Source of the DNA: Candidatus Magasanikiibacteriota bacterium
GTDB taxonomy: Bacteria > Patescibacteriota > Patescibacteriia > Magasanikbacterales > GWA2-37-8
Length of the DNA stretch: 64,000 nucleotides
Direction: 5' to 3'
NCBI GenBank assembly: GCA_017991415.1
Contig: JAGOQR010000001.1
Location: forward strand, 277,992 to 341,991
Part shown: positions 39,945 to 50,442 of the stretch, piece after piece
Layout: each line of letters begins with the position of its first letter
Numbering within the stretch: the stretch's first letter is position 1
Notes under the pieces: generated by a model
Told to the model about the DNA's origin: nothing
The model's input: the letters and a program-made list of their open reading frames with translations, nothing else
Databases searched by the model: none
Made by a program: the position numbers and the translations under genes

Positions 39945-40298
39945 TTAGATGTTCAGATTGTCCACAGCACTTGTATCAATCATTTGGTTATCCATTGGCT
40001 GGCTATCCATTTGATTCATGCGAGGGGCTCTTCCACCAGCTGGCTCATTGATCTTTAGGTTAACGCGAGCATTGTGCTTAGCGCCAACAATCTTGAGCAA
40101 GGTGCGGATAGAGCGAGCGGTTTGACCCTGGCGACCAATCACATAACCCATATCGGCTGGATTGACATCGAGCGTGATCAAAACTCCTCTTTCGTCTATG
40201 GTGCGAACTGTTTTTACATCATTAGGATTGTTGACAATCGATTTTACGAGTGTCTCAACAAACTGTTGATCTGCTTCCATATGTAATTCATTCTTCAC
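39945..40298 (-). CDS. KH-domain RNA-binding protein (YlqC/UPF0109 family)
   Basis: VIGRQGQTARSIRTLL, a KH GXXG-type motif. Conserved position downstream of rpsP. Confidence 0.75.
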   Translation of the reverse strand: MKNELHMEADQQFVETLVKSIVNNPNDVKTVRTIDERGVLITLDVNPADMGYVIGRQGQTARSIRTLLKIVGAKHNARVNLKINEPAGGRAPRMNQMDSQPMDNQMIDTSAVDNLNI

Positions 40299-40392
40299 TT
40301 TTTAAGTGCAGCCTGTCGACCGCGATTGTTTTGCACAATCACCAGCTCTGCTTGTACTAATAATATCAAATCTTCAAAAACGGGTCAAACTA

Positions 40393-40755
40393 TTAAGCGG
40401 CTGGAGCTGTTTCTGTAGCGGCGGCTGGAGCAGCTGCCTGGGCAGCTTTTTTCTTTTCAGCAATTTTAGCAGCACGCTTGTCAGAAATATATACAGATTT
40501 CTTTTTCTTTTCACCACTAATAATTCCTGACTGCACAAATAAGTTATGTAAAGTACTAGAAGATTGAGCACCTTTTTCTAACCAATATTTAATACGGTCA
40601 GTATTAGGCACAAAACCATCAGCTTTGGCGCGAGGATTAAAAGTTCCTAAAATTTCTAAATTTCTTCCTTGAGTATCTCTACCTTTTTCGGCAATAACCA
40701 AGCGATATGTAGGCGCATTCTTTTTTCCAATTCTTTGCAAACGAATAGTTAACAT
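40393..40755 (-). CDS. rpsP: 30S ribosomal protein S16 with an Ala/Lys-rich C-terminal extension
   Basis: MLTIRLQRIGKKNAPTYRLVIAEKGRDTQGRNLEILGTFNP. Confidence 0.9.
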   Translation of the reverse strand: MLTIRLQRIGKKNAPTYRLVIAEKGRDTQGRNLEILGTFNPRAKADGFVPNTDRIKYWLEKGAQSSSTLHNLFVQSGIISGEKKKKSVYISDKRAAKIAEKKKAAQAAAPAAATETAPAA

Positions 40756-40871
40756 AAATTTTAAATAAATTCTTATACTGAATTCGATTCAGTATCCTGT
40801 ATTTTAAATTAGACCCTGAAACAAGTCCAGGACACGAGTAAATTGTGACGATTTAGAGCAGGATAAATTTA

Positions 40872-41240
40872 CTATATTTTCTCTTTTTTGTCAACTTTAC
40901 TCAAAGATTTAACTAATTTCACAACGATATAGTGGACAATGAAGCCGAGTGCACCGTATAGGATAATAGTAAAAATTATATGTATAACTGCAAATATATA
41001 AATAGCTACTGATGGAAAAAAATACAGAAAAATAGTGAGTGGTGCGAAAGCCACTACAATCAGGAGCATAATAGGACCCACAAGAAATGTGGCAAGGTCT
41101 GATAGATACAACATTCTCGGGCTCAGGGAGCCAGTTTGAAATTTAAATAAATAATAGAAAAGACTTACCAATATTGCTCCAATAATAGCGCCGATGAGAC
41201 TGCCGTAATATTTTCTAAAAAAATATAAAATTTTCTTCAT
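40872..41240 (-). CDS. hypothetical polytopic membrane protein
   Basis: 122 aa with 3-4 TM helices; no motif recognised. Confidence 0.35.
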   Translation of the reverse strand: MKKILYFFRKYYGSLIGAIIGAILVSLFYYLFKFQTGSLSPRMLYLSDLATFLVGPIMLLIVVAFAPLTIFLYFFPSVAIYIFAVIHIIFTIILYGALGFIVHYIVVKLVKSLSKVDKKEKI

Positions 41241-41254
41241 AGCCCATTAGTCTT

Positions 41255-44200
41255 CTATTGCTTTTCTGTATAATTATTTGCTTCTTCTAATTTTACGCTG
41301 AGCAACTTAGAGATACCGTCGTTATTCATAACCACACCATAGAGAGCGTCGGCAGCATGCATCGTAACTCGATTGTGACTAATAATAATAAATTGCGATT
41401 TGGAAGATAGCTCGGCTACGATTTCGGCAAAACGACGAGTATTGGCTTCGTCGAGTGCTGCCTCAACTTCGTCGAGCACCACAAACGGAGATGGGTTGTA
41501 GCTTAAAATCGCACAAATTAATGCAATAGAAGCAAGCGTTCGTTCACCACCAGAAAGCGTGTTAATATTTTTAACTTTTTTACCTGGAGGATTTATAGAA
41601 ATATCTATCCCTGTAAGAATTTTTTCAAAATGTTTCGGCTTTTCATTGTCCAAACTTTTTCCTTCACCAAGCTCTCCACTTACAACAACACCTTCTTCAT
41701 CCTCTTCTGTTTTTTCTCCATAAATTTCGTAGATATCTCCATCACCACCGCCAAACAATATCTTAATATAACGATCAAACTCTTTACGAATTTTTTTAAA
41801 TGATGCTGAGCGTTTTTTCTTCATAATATCGTCCAGCTCTAAAATCATTTTTTCTAAATCAGTAAAAGCGGCACGCAAATCGCTGATTTGATCTGACAAG
41901 AAATCAAAGCGCTCTTTACTTTGCTGATACTCAACCACCACTTCACTATCAATACCACCGATAAGGCTGAGCTGGTATTTAAGCTGTGAAATTTCCTCTG
42001 TTAATTTATGGATATGAGTTGGATCTACAGCGGCTGGATGAGTTTCAACAATAGACTCTATTGAGGCACTTAGCTCTGCTCGAACTTCTTCTACCAAAGC
42101 CTCTTGTTTTGTTTCTAGCTTAGCTAGCTCAATTTTTAGCTCGCTCCTGCGTGCCAAAATTTCATTGAGTCGATTTTGCTTTTTTTGCATAGCATCTTGC
42201 AACGCAAAAACTCGCTGTTTTTTTTCTTCTTCTTCTTTATTAAAGTTATCTATTTTTTCAGAATATTTTTGAATTTCTTTTTCCTGAATATTTTTTTGCT
42301 TTTCTAGCAACTCTTTTTCTTCTGTTAATTTGGACACCAGGAGACCGATCTGTTTTGGATCAGCACTGTACAAGGCAAGCTCGTGCTCGAGACCGCCTTT
42401 TTCTTCGGCAGTTTTTTTAATCTCACTTTCCAAAATATTTAACTTAGAGCTAAAAATTTGTTTTTGAGATTCAAATTCCAACAGTTTGCCTTTCACCTGT
42501 TCGTATCTACTATCAAGGTCAGCAATTTTTTGTTTTTCTACACGCACTTGCTCCTGAGTCTGAGCCAATTTATTCTGACTCCACGAAAGCCGACTCGAAA
42601 AACCAAGAGCGCCTTTTTTAACCTGCTTAAAACCACCTTTCATGGCACCTGTCTTTTCTATTACATCTCCTGCAAGCGTAACCATACGAGCTCGGCCCAC
42701 ACCTATTTTTTGAGCAGCCACCAAATCTTCAACTATAATTGTTTGCCCAAAAACAAAAGAAAAAATATTTGTAAATTTATTATCATACTTAATAATATCT
42801 GCTGCCAGCCCAACAACTCCTGGGAGAGACATTATCGAAGCAGCATCCGAGTCTATTATTCTTGGCTTTATTTTATTGAGTGGCAAAAATGTAGCCACCC
42901 CCAACCGATTGGTGCGCAAAAATTCTATCCCTAATCTTGCTACCTGTTCGTCTTGTACAACAAGCGCTGACAAATACGAACCAGCTGCTACCTCAAGTGC
43001 CATTCGAAATTTTTCTTCAACTTCTCCTAATTCGGCCACGAGCCCGTGCACTACGCCAAATTTTTCTTTATTCTCCAACACAGATTGTACCGCAAAAAGC
43101 CCACTTATCTGATGATAATTTTGTTCGGATTGATCAAAAAATATTTGCTTCTCAAGGGCAGATACCGCTAACTGGGCATCAGTTTTATCCCGAGCGATTT
43201 GTTCTAAAAGATTTTTTTGCTCTACCACAAATCGACTTGTTTTTTCCAAGTCAGCTTGTAACGAACTATTCTGACTAAGAAGTGATTCGTACCCAAACTT
43301 TAAGGTGTTAATTTTTTCTTCAAGCCAACCAATGTTCTGCTTACCTTCTTTGTTATACTCCGTTCGCATTTGACCATCCTTTATTGCCAACTGTCTTTCT
43401 AATTCATTTTTTTCTCGAACAAGCGATTGGAATTTAACTTGCAGTTCGTTAAAAATTTCTTGGCGTGTAGAGGCACGGGCCAGTGCTGATAACTCTGTCT
43501 GGACTCTGTCTAACTCTGCAAAGGCTTGTCGATAGTTAACTTCTACTTCCGCAAGAGATGTGTTAAATTTATCTAATTCTGATTTGTTAAACAAATAAAC
43601 AGAGGAATAATAGGTATCCTGACTCGCGCGCAACTGAATTTCAATCTCCTGCCTTTTTTCTAATTTTTTAACCTGGCGCGCTAAAATTTTTAGACGGGGT
43701 TCTACCTCTTCTACTAATCGCTGCGCCTGATCTAAATTTTCTTTAGTACGAGATAATTTTAACTGAGCCTGATGCTGTTTGATTTGAAACTCTTTAATTC
43801 CAGATGCTTCATCTAAAAAATCTTTACGTTCGCTTGGACTCACGGTGAGAAGCCGATCAATTGTTCCTTGCCCTACTACACTATATGAATGCTGCGCAAA
43901 TTGCGCTTGTGCCAAAAACATATACACATCAAGCAGCCGAACAGGATTATTATTTATCAAATATTCTCCTTCACCCGAACGATATAAACGACGGGATACA
44001 GTAATCTCGGGATAATCTGACATTACTCTATTTTCATCTGAACTAGAGAGACGATCTGTATTATCGAGCACCATCGTTACTTCAGCAGCTCCTAACTGAC
44101 CTTTAACAGCTGAGCCATTAAAAATTATATCTTCACTTTTTTTACCACGCAATGTCTTGAGACTTTGTTCGCCCATGACCCAACGAATTGCATCCGAAAC

Positions 44201-44335
44201 ATTTGATTTACCAGAGCCGTTTGGACCGACAATAGCTGTGATACTATATCGATTATTCTGATATGGCAAAAAATCTAACACCGTTTTTTCGGCAAAAGAC
44301 TTAAATCCTTTTATTTCTAGACGTTTTAAATACAT
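41255..44335 (-). CDS. smc: chromosome segregation protein SMC
   Basis: N-terminal Walker A AIVGPNGSGKSNVSDAI, long coiled coils, a hinge, and C-terminal signature LSGGERTLASIAL with Walker B VVLDEVEAALD. Confidence 0.95.
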   Translation of the reverse strand: MYLKRLEIKGFKSFAEKTVLDFLPYQNNRYSITAIVGPNGSGKSNVSDAIRWVMGEQSLKTLRGKKSEDIIFNGSAVKGQLGAAEVTMVLDNTDRLSSSDENRVMSDYPEITVSRRLYRSGEGEYLINNNPVRLLDVYMFLAQAQFAQHSYSVVGQGTIDRLLTVSPSERKDFLDEASGIKEFQIKQHQAQLKLSRTKENLDQAQRLVEEVEPRLKILARQVKKLEKRQEIEIQLRASQDTYYSSVYLFNKSELDKFNTSLAEVEVNYRQAFAELDRVQTELSALARASTRQEIFNELQVKFQSLVREKNELERQLAIKDGQMRTEYNKEGKQNIGWLEEKINTLKFGYESLLSQNSSLQADLEKTSRFVVEQKNLLEQIARDKTDAQLAVSALEKQIFFDQSEQNYHQISGLFAVQSVLENKEKFGVVHGLVAELGEVEEKFRMALEVAAGSYLSALVVQDEQVARLGIEFLRTNRLGVATFLPLNKIKPRIIDSDAASIMSLPGVVGLAADIIKYDNKFTNIFSFVFGQTIIVEDLVAAQKIGVGRARMVTLAGDVIEKTGAMKGGFKQVKKGALGFSSRLSWSQNKLAQTQEQVRVEKQKIADLDSRYEQVKGKLLEFESQKQIFSSKLNILESEIKKTAEEKGGLEHELALYSADPKQIGLLVSKLTEEKELLEKQKNIQEKEIQKYSEKIDNFNKEEEEKKQRVFALQDAMQKKQNRLNEILARRSELKIELAKLETKQEALVEEVRAELSASIESIVETHPAAVDPTHIHKLTEEISQLKYQLSLIGGIDSEVVVEYQQSKERFDFLSDQISDLRAAFTDLEKMILELDDIMKKKRSASFKKIRKEFDRYIKILFGGGDGDIYEIYGEKTEEDEEGVVVSGELGEGKSLDNEKPKHFEKILTGIDISINPPGKKVKNINTLSGGERTLASIALICAILSYNPSPFVVLDEVEAALDEANTRRFAEIVAELSSKSQFIIISHNRVTMHAADALYGVVMNNDGISKLLSVKLEEANNYTEKQ

Positions 44336-44411
44336 AAAAAACCTACAGTACCAGACCCTATATACATTAGGTGCACCATCTTTTGGTGGATAGGCTATAA
44401 TATATCATACC

Positions 44412-44440
44412 TTGACAGACTAGGACAATAGATATATAAT
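44412..44440 (+). promoter_or_regulatory. consensus sigma70 promoter (TTGACA-N17-TATAAT) for nrnA-clpP
   Basis: TTGACA at 44412-44417 and TATAAT at 44435-44440, with an exact 17-nt spacer, about 20 nt upstream of ATG 44461. Confidence 0.6.
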
Positions 44441-44460
44441 CGCCAGTTAAATTATTAACT

Positions 44461-45429
44461 ATGCATGCCACCGCCAGACAAATTCACCAGCATATCCAGG
44501 GTACGACTACCCTAGCTTTAGTTTCTCACCAAAACCCTGATGGCGATACGCTCGGGTCTGCTTTGGCTTTTGCCCAGTATCTTATTAACCAGGGAAAGCA
44601 AGTTAAAATATTCTGTCTTTCACCAGTACCTGATAAATTTAACTTCCTTCATAATATAGAAATTGTAAGCAATGATCCCGCTATTTTTAAAGAAGTTGAT
44701 ACTATTACCGTGCTTGATTGTGGTGACCTGCGTTATGCTGGTGTAGCCGAACTCATCAAAGACCATCCTGCCACCATCATTAATATTGACCACCATGCTA
44801 CCAATGAAAAATATGGTGAATTTAATCTTGTCATGGATAAATGGGCTTCCACAACTGAAGTGGTATATAATTTTTTCAAAGTAAATAATATTTCTATTTC
44901 TCCAAGCATGGCTACAGCACTTCTGACTGGGCTCATCACAGATACAGATAATTTTACTAATGGCGCTACTTCATATACGGCACTGACCGCTGCTGGCGAA
45001 CTATTACGCCTTGGAGGCAACTGGATAATTATTAATCGTTCATTATTACAAAATAAATCTATCCACCTGCTTAAGCTCTGGGGACTGGTCTTAAGTCGAT
45101 TGAAGAAAAAAGAAGAGATGAGTCTCGCGTATACATACCTAACCAACCAGGATATGATTGAACACGGAGCCAGCGATGCAGATGTAGAAGGCATAGCGAA
45201 TTTTTTAAATAAACTAAATAATGATGATGCCGCCATTTCTCTATTTATGAAAGAAACCGAGGATGGAAAAATAAAAGGAAGTTTCCGCACCACCCAAGAC
45301 GGCATTGATGTGGCCGCTATGGCCAAACAACTTGGCGGAGGTGGACATAAAAAGGCAGCTGGATTTACTGTGGAAGGTACGGTTGAAAGTACAGTGAAAA
45401 AAATCATAGATTTACAAATCCAAAAATAA
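44461..45429 (+). CDS. nrnA: DHH-family phosphoesterase (NrnA-like nanoRNase/pAp phosphatase)
   Basis: DHH motifs HQNPDGDTLGS, VLDCGD, INIDHHATN, and a C-terminal DHHA1 GGGHKKAAG. Confidence 0.8.
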   Translation: MHATARQIHQHIQGTTTLALVSHQNPDGDTLGSALAFAQYLINQGKQVKIFCLSPVPDKFNFLHNIEIVSNDPAIFKEVDTITVLDCGDLRYAGVAELIKDHPATIINIDHHATNEKYGEFNLVMDKWASTTEVVYNFFKVNNISISPSMATALLTGLITDTDNFTNGATSYTALTAAGELLRLGGNWIIINRSLLQNKSIHLLKLWGLVLSRLKKKEEMSLAYTYLTNQDMIEHGASDADVEGIANFLNKLNNDDAAISLFMKETEDGKIKGSFRTTQDGIDVAAMAKQLGGGGHKKAAGFTVEGTVESTVKKIIDLQIQK

Positions 45430-45467
45430 CTTATATACTCAACTATATATAAAATAATTAAAACTAT

Positions 45468-46070
45468 ATGAATCTTGAACCAAGTTCTCAGTTCTTAATC
45501 CCTACTGTTATCGAAAAAACTAATTACGGCGAACGAGCCTATGATATATACTCTCGCTTATTGCAAGATAGAATCATATTTTTAGGCACCCAAGTCGATG
45601 ACAGTGTAGCCAATGTAATAATTGCCCAGTTATTATTCTTGGAAAACCAAAACCCAGAAAAAGATATTAAACTCTATATCAACTCTCCAGGCGGATCTGT
45701 TACTGCTGGTATGGCCATTTATGACACTATGCAACATATCAAACCTGATGTGAGTACAATTTGTATTGGTATGGCAGCAAGTATGGGGGCATTTCTTTTA
45801 AGCGCAGGCGCAAAAGGCAAACGATTTGCCCTGCCTAATGCTGAGATCATGATCCACCAAGTAATGGGCGGTATGGAAGGCCAAGCGAGCGATATTAAAA
45901 TTCGAGCTGAACGAATCCTTCGCATTAAAGAAAAGCTAAACCAAATTATGGCCAAGCATACTGGTAAAAATTTGGCCCAAGTAGAAAAAGATACTGACCG
46001 AGATAATTTTATGAGCGCCCAGGAAGCACTCAAATATGGTCTTATTGATAAAGTAATCGAAAAAAAATAA
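45468..46070 (+). CDS. clpP: ATP-dependent Clp protease proteolytic subunit
   Basis: Catalytic Ser context [11 protein letters not shown], His in IMIHQ, and an overall ClpP signature. Confidence 0.95.
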   Translation: MNLEPSSQFLIPTVIEKTNYGERAYDIYSRLLQDRIIFLGTQVDDSVANVIIAQLLFLENQNPEKDIKLYINSPGGSVTAGMAIYDTMQHIKPDVSTICIGMAASMGAFLLSAGAKGKRFALPNAEIMIHQVMGGMEGQASDIKIRAERILRIKEKLNQIMAKHTGKNLAQVEKDTDRDNFMSAQEALKYGLIDKVIEKK

Positions 46071-46103
46071 AGCTAGATTATCTAGTCTCATAGAAGCATA
46101 ATT

Positions 46104-46139
46104 ACAAAAAAAGACTTATGTAGAATAAGTCTTTTTTTG
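46104..46139. terminator. bidirectional Rho-independent terminator after clpP
   Basis: A-run, AAGACTTAT-GTAGA-ATAAGTCTT, then a T-run. Confidence 0.6.
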
Positions 46140-46181
46140 TTTAATATTAGCCAAATTTTATTATTTATCCCCTATCACCCC

Positions 46182-46210
46182 TTGACAAAAATGACCCCCT
46201 GTGGTATATT
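46182..46210 (+). promoter_or_regulatory. strong sigma70 promoter with extended -10 (TTGACA-N17-TGgTATATT)
   Basis: TTGACA at 46182-46187 and TG-n-TATATT at 46202-46210. No protein-coding gene lies downstream on this strand. Confidence 0.5.
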
Positions 46211-46217
46211 TAGTCGT

Positions 46218-46489
46218 TATCTATTAATCAGATATTCCAAGTTAGGTAGATATCGGATAACAACACACTTAGAAAACTTTGAGAGGGTATGGAGCGTTGC
46301 TTACTAAAGCTAGCAAATAACGCCCCGTATCCACGACAAGCATGGAGATGTGTTAGAGGGACCAACAGGCTTCGGCTCGTTTTCTTCTTTAATACATCTT
46401 CTTGGGTGCGGTTCAGAAGGGAATTTCCTTCCCTTCAATAAAAATAAACCACCCTCCGACATATCCTGTCGGAGGGTGTGTTGTTTTTA
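46218..46489 (+). ncRNA. candidate small non-coding RNA (class undetermined), promoter-to-terminator unit of about 270 nt
   Basis: Bounded by the promoter above and an intrinsic terminator (CCCTCCGACA-TATCC-TGTCGGAGGG plus U-run, 46452-46489). Contains several internal hairpins (GCGTTGCT...AGCAA..ACGC; AAGGGAA-TTTCC-TTCCCTT). No ORF over 11 codons lies within the bounded unit. No RNase P, tmRNA or SRP signature motifs were seen. Confidence 0.35.
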
Positions 46490-46502
46490 GATGTAACTTT
46501 TA

Positions 46503-48437
46503 CTATGGACTGTCCCCTATCTCTAACGGTACTTCTCCAACTGGAGTGGTACTACTTACTCCCGACTGCCCCACTACACAAATTTGTGGCAACGGTCGAT
46601 AATAGCTATCAAACACTCGTTCTGTTTTTTCACCAGCGGCATTGATAATAGTATATGTAAAGGAAGTAACGGCACCGCGGAAAGCAGCCTGACATGTTTT
46701 CTCACCTGGTTTTAAATTGGTCGAAACTATTTCTTTTGGAGCACCGGCTGGAATCCATTTCGAAACTTCTGGATGAGTATAGGACCCTTTACGGCCATCA
46801 CTTCTACCCCACAAAGTAAAAACCAACTGCTGTTTGTCATAATCAATCGAAGTCTGAAGCAGCATATAGTTACCAGTATCATTAACAAATTTCAAATCCA
46901 AACTAGGCTCATAGAGAGTAGCGTCAGTTCCTGGGTTCCCATTTACTGGATCGGCATAATAGCCTACAACAAGTGAATGATTACGGCGTTCGCTAATTGG
47001 TAATCCTGTATTCATGGCCATTCTAAATAACGTAGTACCAATCTGACACATACCACCGCCTACTTCTGGAACAATCTTATCACCTTTTATAACCTGCTCT
47101 GGCAAAAATCCATTATCCCTCGTATATGGCCCTGCATATTTATTAGCAGAAAATTCTTCACCGGGTTTAATAAGCACACCGTTCAAGCGTTTAACGGCGT
47201 TAGCAATATTTTTTATACGATTAGTATGACTATCTTTAAATGTCGAGTAGCCAGTACCTACTATTTCCAAAATCCCTAAATCATTGACACTAGACATGGC
47301 CACATTCGGCTCAACAATATCTACCGAAACCGTTACTGTTTTTGCCAGCTCTGCGGGATGAAAATTTCTCTGTCGAAATACCGAATCTAAATCAGCATAT
47401 GTCTTCTCTTCATTGAGCGCCAAACCAGACTGATTAGCTTCAAATTCTTTTACCTTATCATTTTCCATTACAAACTTTGCATCCTTGGCTGGCATATTGA
47501 TAAACGGAACAAGTGTCTCTAAATATAATTTTACTTTCTCTTTATTTAAAGCAAATAGAAGCTCCCCATTTTCTCTTCTGACTTCAAGCCAGTCTGTATA
47601 CATGCTTGGTCCAACTGTCCAATCACGCTTAATACCAGTTTGAGGATCAGTATAATTCAAGCCTAGGTTACCATAGTTTAAAACTTCCGCCAGCTTAGGG
47701 GTTACTGCATCTAGATCTCCAATGAACACATCTGGTTTAAATTCTTTTTTAGTAATAGACACAGGTGCAAGCGACAAATGCGCAAGATGATTCTGCAAAC
47801 TCACCCGTGCCTCGGGATAGTCAAAGATAAAACCAGTTTTTTCTGATTCGAGTAAATAAGTCAAAGGCGACAGGCCAGTGACTTTAATATTGGCATTGCG
47901 CGGCAGATCACTAAAAGGCACCATATAGCTCTCCAAGTCAGAAATCAACTTATCTTCCATAGCAACTTGTGCATCAACAATCTTTTTCCCAAAAAGACGA
48001 AGGTAAATAGGCTGCCACATGTTTCCTAAAAAACTATTTGACCTGCCTACACGAACAAGCGCATCAGCTGTCGCCTCGCTATTTATACCAACGAGCTCTC
48101 CCGAACTATCATCGGCATAAACGGTAGGCAACTTAAAGTTCTGAACTCCTGCCTCACTAGTAAAATTAAAATCTAAGCCTTCTTTAGCTATTCTGTCGTT
48201 AAAGTTTTCAATAAAATCTCTTGCTTGATTTTTAGTCAAACCACCAAAATGGTGATCGCCCACATACACCCCTGGAAAAATTGTATCTTTATATAAAGCA
48301 CTATATGCAACACTGCCACCAAAAAAAGCTGCTGCTAAAAATAAAAAAGTCCCTGTTGCTACCAAGGTATTACGCTTCAAGTGGCCATTATAATTAATGG
48401 GTATGATTTCTTTTATTTCTTCTGTTATTTTTGACAT
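46503..48437 (-). CDS. VanW-domain membrane-anchored protein
   Basis: N-terminal TM helix; C-terminal VanW signature GGGMCQIGTTLFRMAMNTGLPISERRNHSLVVGYYADP. Confidence 0.7.
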   Translation of the reverse strand: MSKITEEIKEIIPINYNGHLKRNTLVATGTFLFLAAAFFGGSVAYSALYKDTIFPGVYVGDHHFGGLTKNQARDFIENFNDRIAKEGLDFNFTSEAGVQNFKLPTVYADDSSGELVGINSEATADALVRVGRSNSFLGNMWQPIYLRLFGKKIVDAQVAMEDKLISDLESYMVPFSDLPRNANIKVTGLSPLTYLLESEKTGFIFDYPEARVSLQNHLAHLSLAPVSITKKEFKPDVFIGDLDAVTPKLAEVLNYGNLGLNYTDPQTGIKRDWTVGPSMYTDWLEVRRENGELLFALNKEKVKLYLETLVPFINMPAKDAKFVMENDKVKEFEANQSGLALNEEKTYADLDSVFRQRNFHPAELAKTVTVSVDIVEPNVAMSSVNDLGILEIVGTGYSTFKDSHTNRIKNIANAVKRLNGVLIKPGEEFSANKYAGPYTRDNGFLPEQVIKGDKIVPEVGGGMCQIGTTLFRMAMNTGLPISERRNHSLVVGYYADPVNGNPGTDATLYEPSLDLKFVNDTGNYMLLQTSIDYDKQQLVFTLWGRSDGRKGSYTHPEVSKWIPAGAPKEIVSTNLKPGEKTCQAAFRGAVTSFTYTIINAAGEKTERVFDSYYRPLPQICVVGQSGVSSTTPVGEVPLEIGDSP

Positions 48438-48447
48438 ATATAAAATA

Positions 48448-48924
48448 CTAATCTTCTATCACCATAATTGGAATATTGCTTCCGCGATCTGATTTTGGTA
48501 ACCGTAACGTTAAGACACCGTTGTTATACTGAGCCTGCGCAAGTTCTGGCTTAACATCTACGGGCAAAATAATACTACGAGAAAACTTTCCCCAATAACA
48601 CTCCTGATTAAAATGTTCGCTTGATAGATCAATTGGAGATAATCGCTCTCCTCTAATAGTAAGGAGGTCATTATGCAAATGCAGCTCAATCTGTTCTGGC
48701 TTGGTTCCCGCCATTGCAGCCACCACTATAAGCTCTGTCGCAGTTTGTGCCACATCAACAGCAAGCTGGCCTTCGGATAAAGAAGCTTGCTCTTTATTTT
48801 TTAAATACGAAAAATCTACAGCACTATCATTTTCTGGTAGAGAAAAAGAGATTTTTTTTAACTGGCCGTTAAACATAAAAAATCTATTTAGCTTATTTTT
48901 ACATTCTATACAACAATAAGTCAA
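48448..48924 (-). CDS. Hsp20/alpha-crystallin small heat-shock protein
   Basis: Alpha-crystallin domain with AVDVAQT...ELHLHNDLLTIRGER...YNNGVLTLRLPK. The true start may be the internal Met MFNGQL at about 48876. Confidence 0.75.
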   Translation of the reverse strand: MTYCCIECKNKLNRFFMFNGQLKKISFSLPENDSAVDFSYLKNKEQASLSEGQLAVDVAQTATELIVVAAMAGTKPEQIELHLHNDLLTIRGERLSPIDLSSEHFNQECYWGKFSRSIILPVDVKPELAQAQYNNGVLTLRLPKSDRGSNIPIMVIED

Positions 48925-48930
48925 GGAGTT

Positions 48931-49512
48931 CTAGATGAGTTTTAATACATTCCACCAATTTTCGATGTAGTCCACTCTTTTATTTTGATATTTAAGATAA
49001 TAGGCATGCTCCCACACATCAAGCGCCAAAACTGGCTCATGACCTAAGCTAAGTGGTGAGTCTTGATTAGGTAATGCATAGACCTGTAATTTTTTATCCT
49101 GATCACGGACGAGCCATGCCCAACCACTTCCAAATTGCCCAGCTGCAGCTTGGCTAAATTTTGTTTTAAAATCTTCCATCGTACCAAACTGCTTAGTAAT
49201 ATCTGCGACCAAATCCGTATTAACTTCTTTTTCTGGACCCATTAATTTCCAGAAAAAGGCGTGATTCACATATCCACCCCCATGATTACGAAGTATTTTT
49301 TTATCATCATCACTAAGCTCGAGCTTATTTAAGTCCATCAACAGTTCTTCGGCTGCGTCAAATTTTAACTGTGGATTTTTTTCTAAAAAACCATTAAATT
49401 TATCGAGGTATGCTTGATGATGTTTGCTATAATGAAACTCCATGGTCTTAGCATCTATATATGGTTCAAGTGCATCATATGCATATTCAAGCTTAGGCAG
49501 TTCAAACTTCAT
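48931..49512 (-). CDS. sodA: Fe/Mn superoxide dismutase
   Basis: FHYSKHHQAYLDKFN and the C-terminal metal ligands DVWEHAYYL. Confidence 0.95.
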   Translation of the reverse strand: MKFELPKLEYAYDALEPYIDAKTMEFHYSKHHQAYLDKFNGFLEKNPQLKFDAAEELLMDLNKLELSDDDKKILRNHGGGYVNHAFFWKLMGPEKEVNTDLVADITKQFGTMEDFKTKFSQAAAGQFGSGWAWLVRDQDKKLQVYALPNQDSPLSLGHEPVLALDVWEHAYYLKYQNKRVDYIENWWNVLKLI

Positions 49513-49545
49513 ATTTTATATATTGGAATAAATTAAATAACAAGT

Positions 49546-50418
49546 TTACTGTATCATTTTTTGACAAACTGGACAATATCGCGAGCTACGTCCACCAATT
49601 TTTTTATTAGCGATAACACCCTTCCGACAACGAAAACATTCTTTTTTATCACGTTGGTATACTTGTAAGAAATCAGAAAAATTTCCTTTTCTCCCATGAG
49701 TGCGTACATAACTTTTAAATGTTGTCCCCTTGTACTTAATGGCTTTTTTTAAAATACTGATAATAGCCTTGAACAGATCAACTTTTTCGCCGTCAGATAA
49801 GGAGCTGGTCTTTCTACCAGGAAATATCCGAGCTGCAAAACAAACCTCATCTGCATAAATATTACCAATCCCCGCTATAAGTGATTGGTTAAGAAGCACT
49901 GATTTTATCGGCGCGTTTCTTTTTTCTAAAATTTTTAAAAATATTTTTAAAGTAAAATTTTTGGTTAGTGGCTCCGGACCATAGGTGGCAAAAATTCGCT
50001 CCTTTTCTTTTGAAGAAACGATCCTTAAATATCCAAACTTACGCATGTCATTAAAATATAATGCCGAACCGTCATTAAATTTCCAGACTACCCATGTATA
50101 TTTGCCAGGCAATTTTTCTTCTTGAGAACCTGAAAGACTGTGACCTCCTGCAATAAACCCTTTATCGTACTGATACACGAGCTGCCCCGTCATCTTTAGG
50201 TGAATTAACAAAAAATTACCATCTGACAAATCCACTGCAATGAGCTTGCCGATGCGATCAATTTTTTTGACATGCTTATTCTGCAGAGCTATTTGAAATT
50301 TTTTAATTCCATCTTTAACTGGCGCCTTATGTAAAACTTGGACATTGGTTATTTTTTTTCCAACAATTACTTTACTTAGATCATTTCTAATAGTTTCGAC
50401 CTCTGGTAGTTCGGGCAT
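49546..50418 (-). CDS. mutM: formamidopyrimidine-DNA glycosylase
   Basis: N-terminal MPELPEVET and a C-terminal zinc finger CFRCRKGVIANKKIGGRSSRYCPVCQ. Confidence 0.9.
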   Translation of the reverse strand: MPELPEVETIRNDLSKVIVGKKITNVQVLHKAPVKDGIKKFQIALQNKHVKKIDRIGKLIAVDLSDGNFLLIHLKMTGQLVYQYDKGFIAGGHSLSGSQEEKLPGKYTWVVWKFNDGSALYFNDMRKFGYLRIVSSKEKERIFATYGPEPLTKNFTLKIFLKILEKRNAPIKSVLLNQSLIAGIGNIYADEVCFAARIFPGRKTSSLSDGEKVDLFKAIISILKKAIKYKGTTFKSYVRTHGRKGNFSDFLQVYQRDKKECFRCRKGVIANKKIGGRSSRYCPVCQKMIQ

Positions 50419-50442
50419 ATTGTTACAAAAAACTCGAAATTA

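Noticed and set aside
46218-46489. Identity of the candidate sRNA as tmRNA, RNase P RNA or SRP RNA
   Set aside because: It has no tRNA-like 3' end or GGGG start (tmRNA), no GGAAAGUCCGG / ACAGAAnCCGGCUUA blocks (RNase P), and no domain-IV GNAR or AGCAGCCA motif (SRP), so the class is left open.
46402-46602. 66-aa plus-strand ORF crossing the sRNA terminator into the VanW gene
   Set aside because: It reads through a strong intrinsic terminator and overlaps the VanW coding region on the opposite strand, with no start context.
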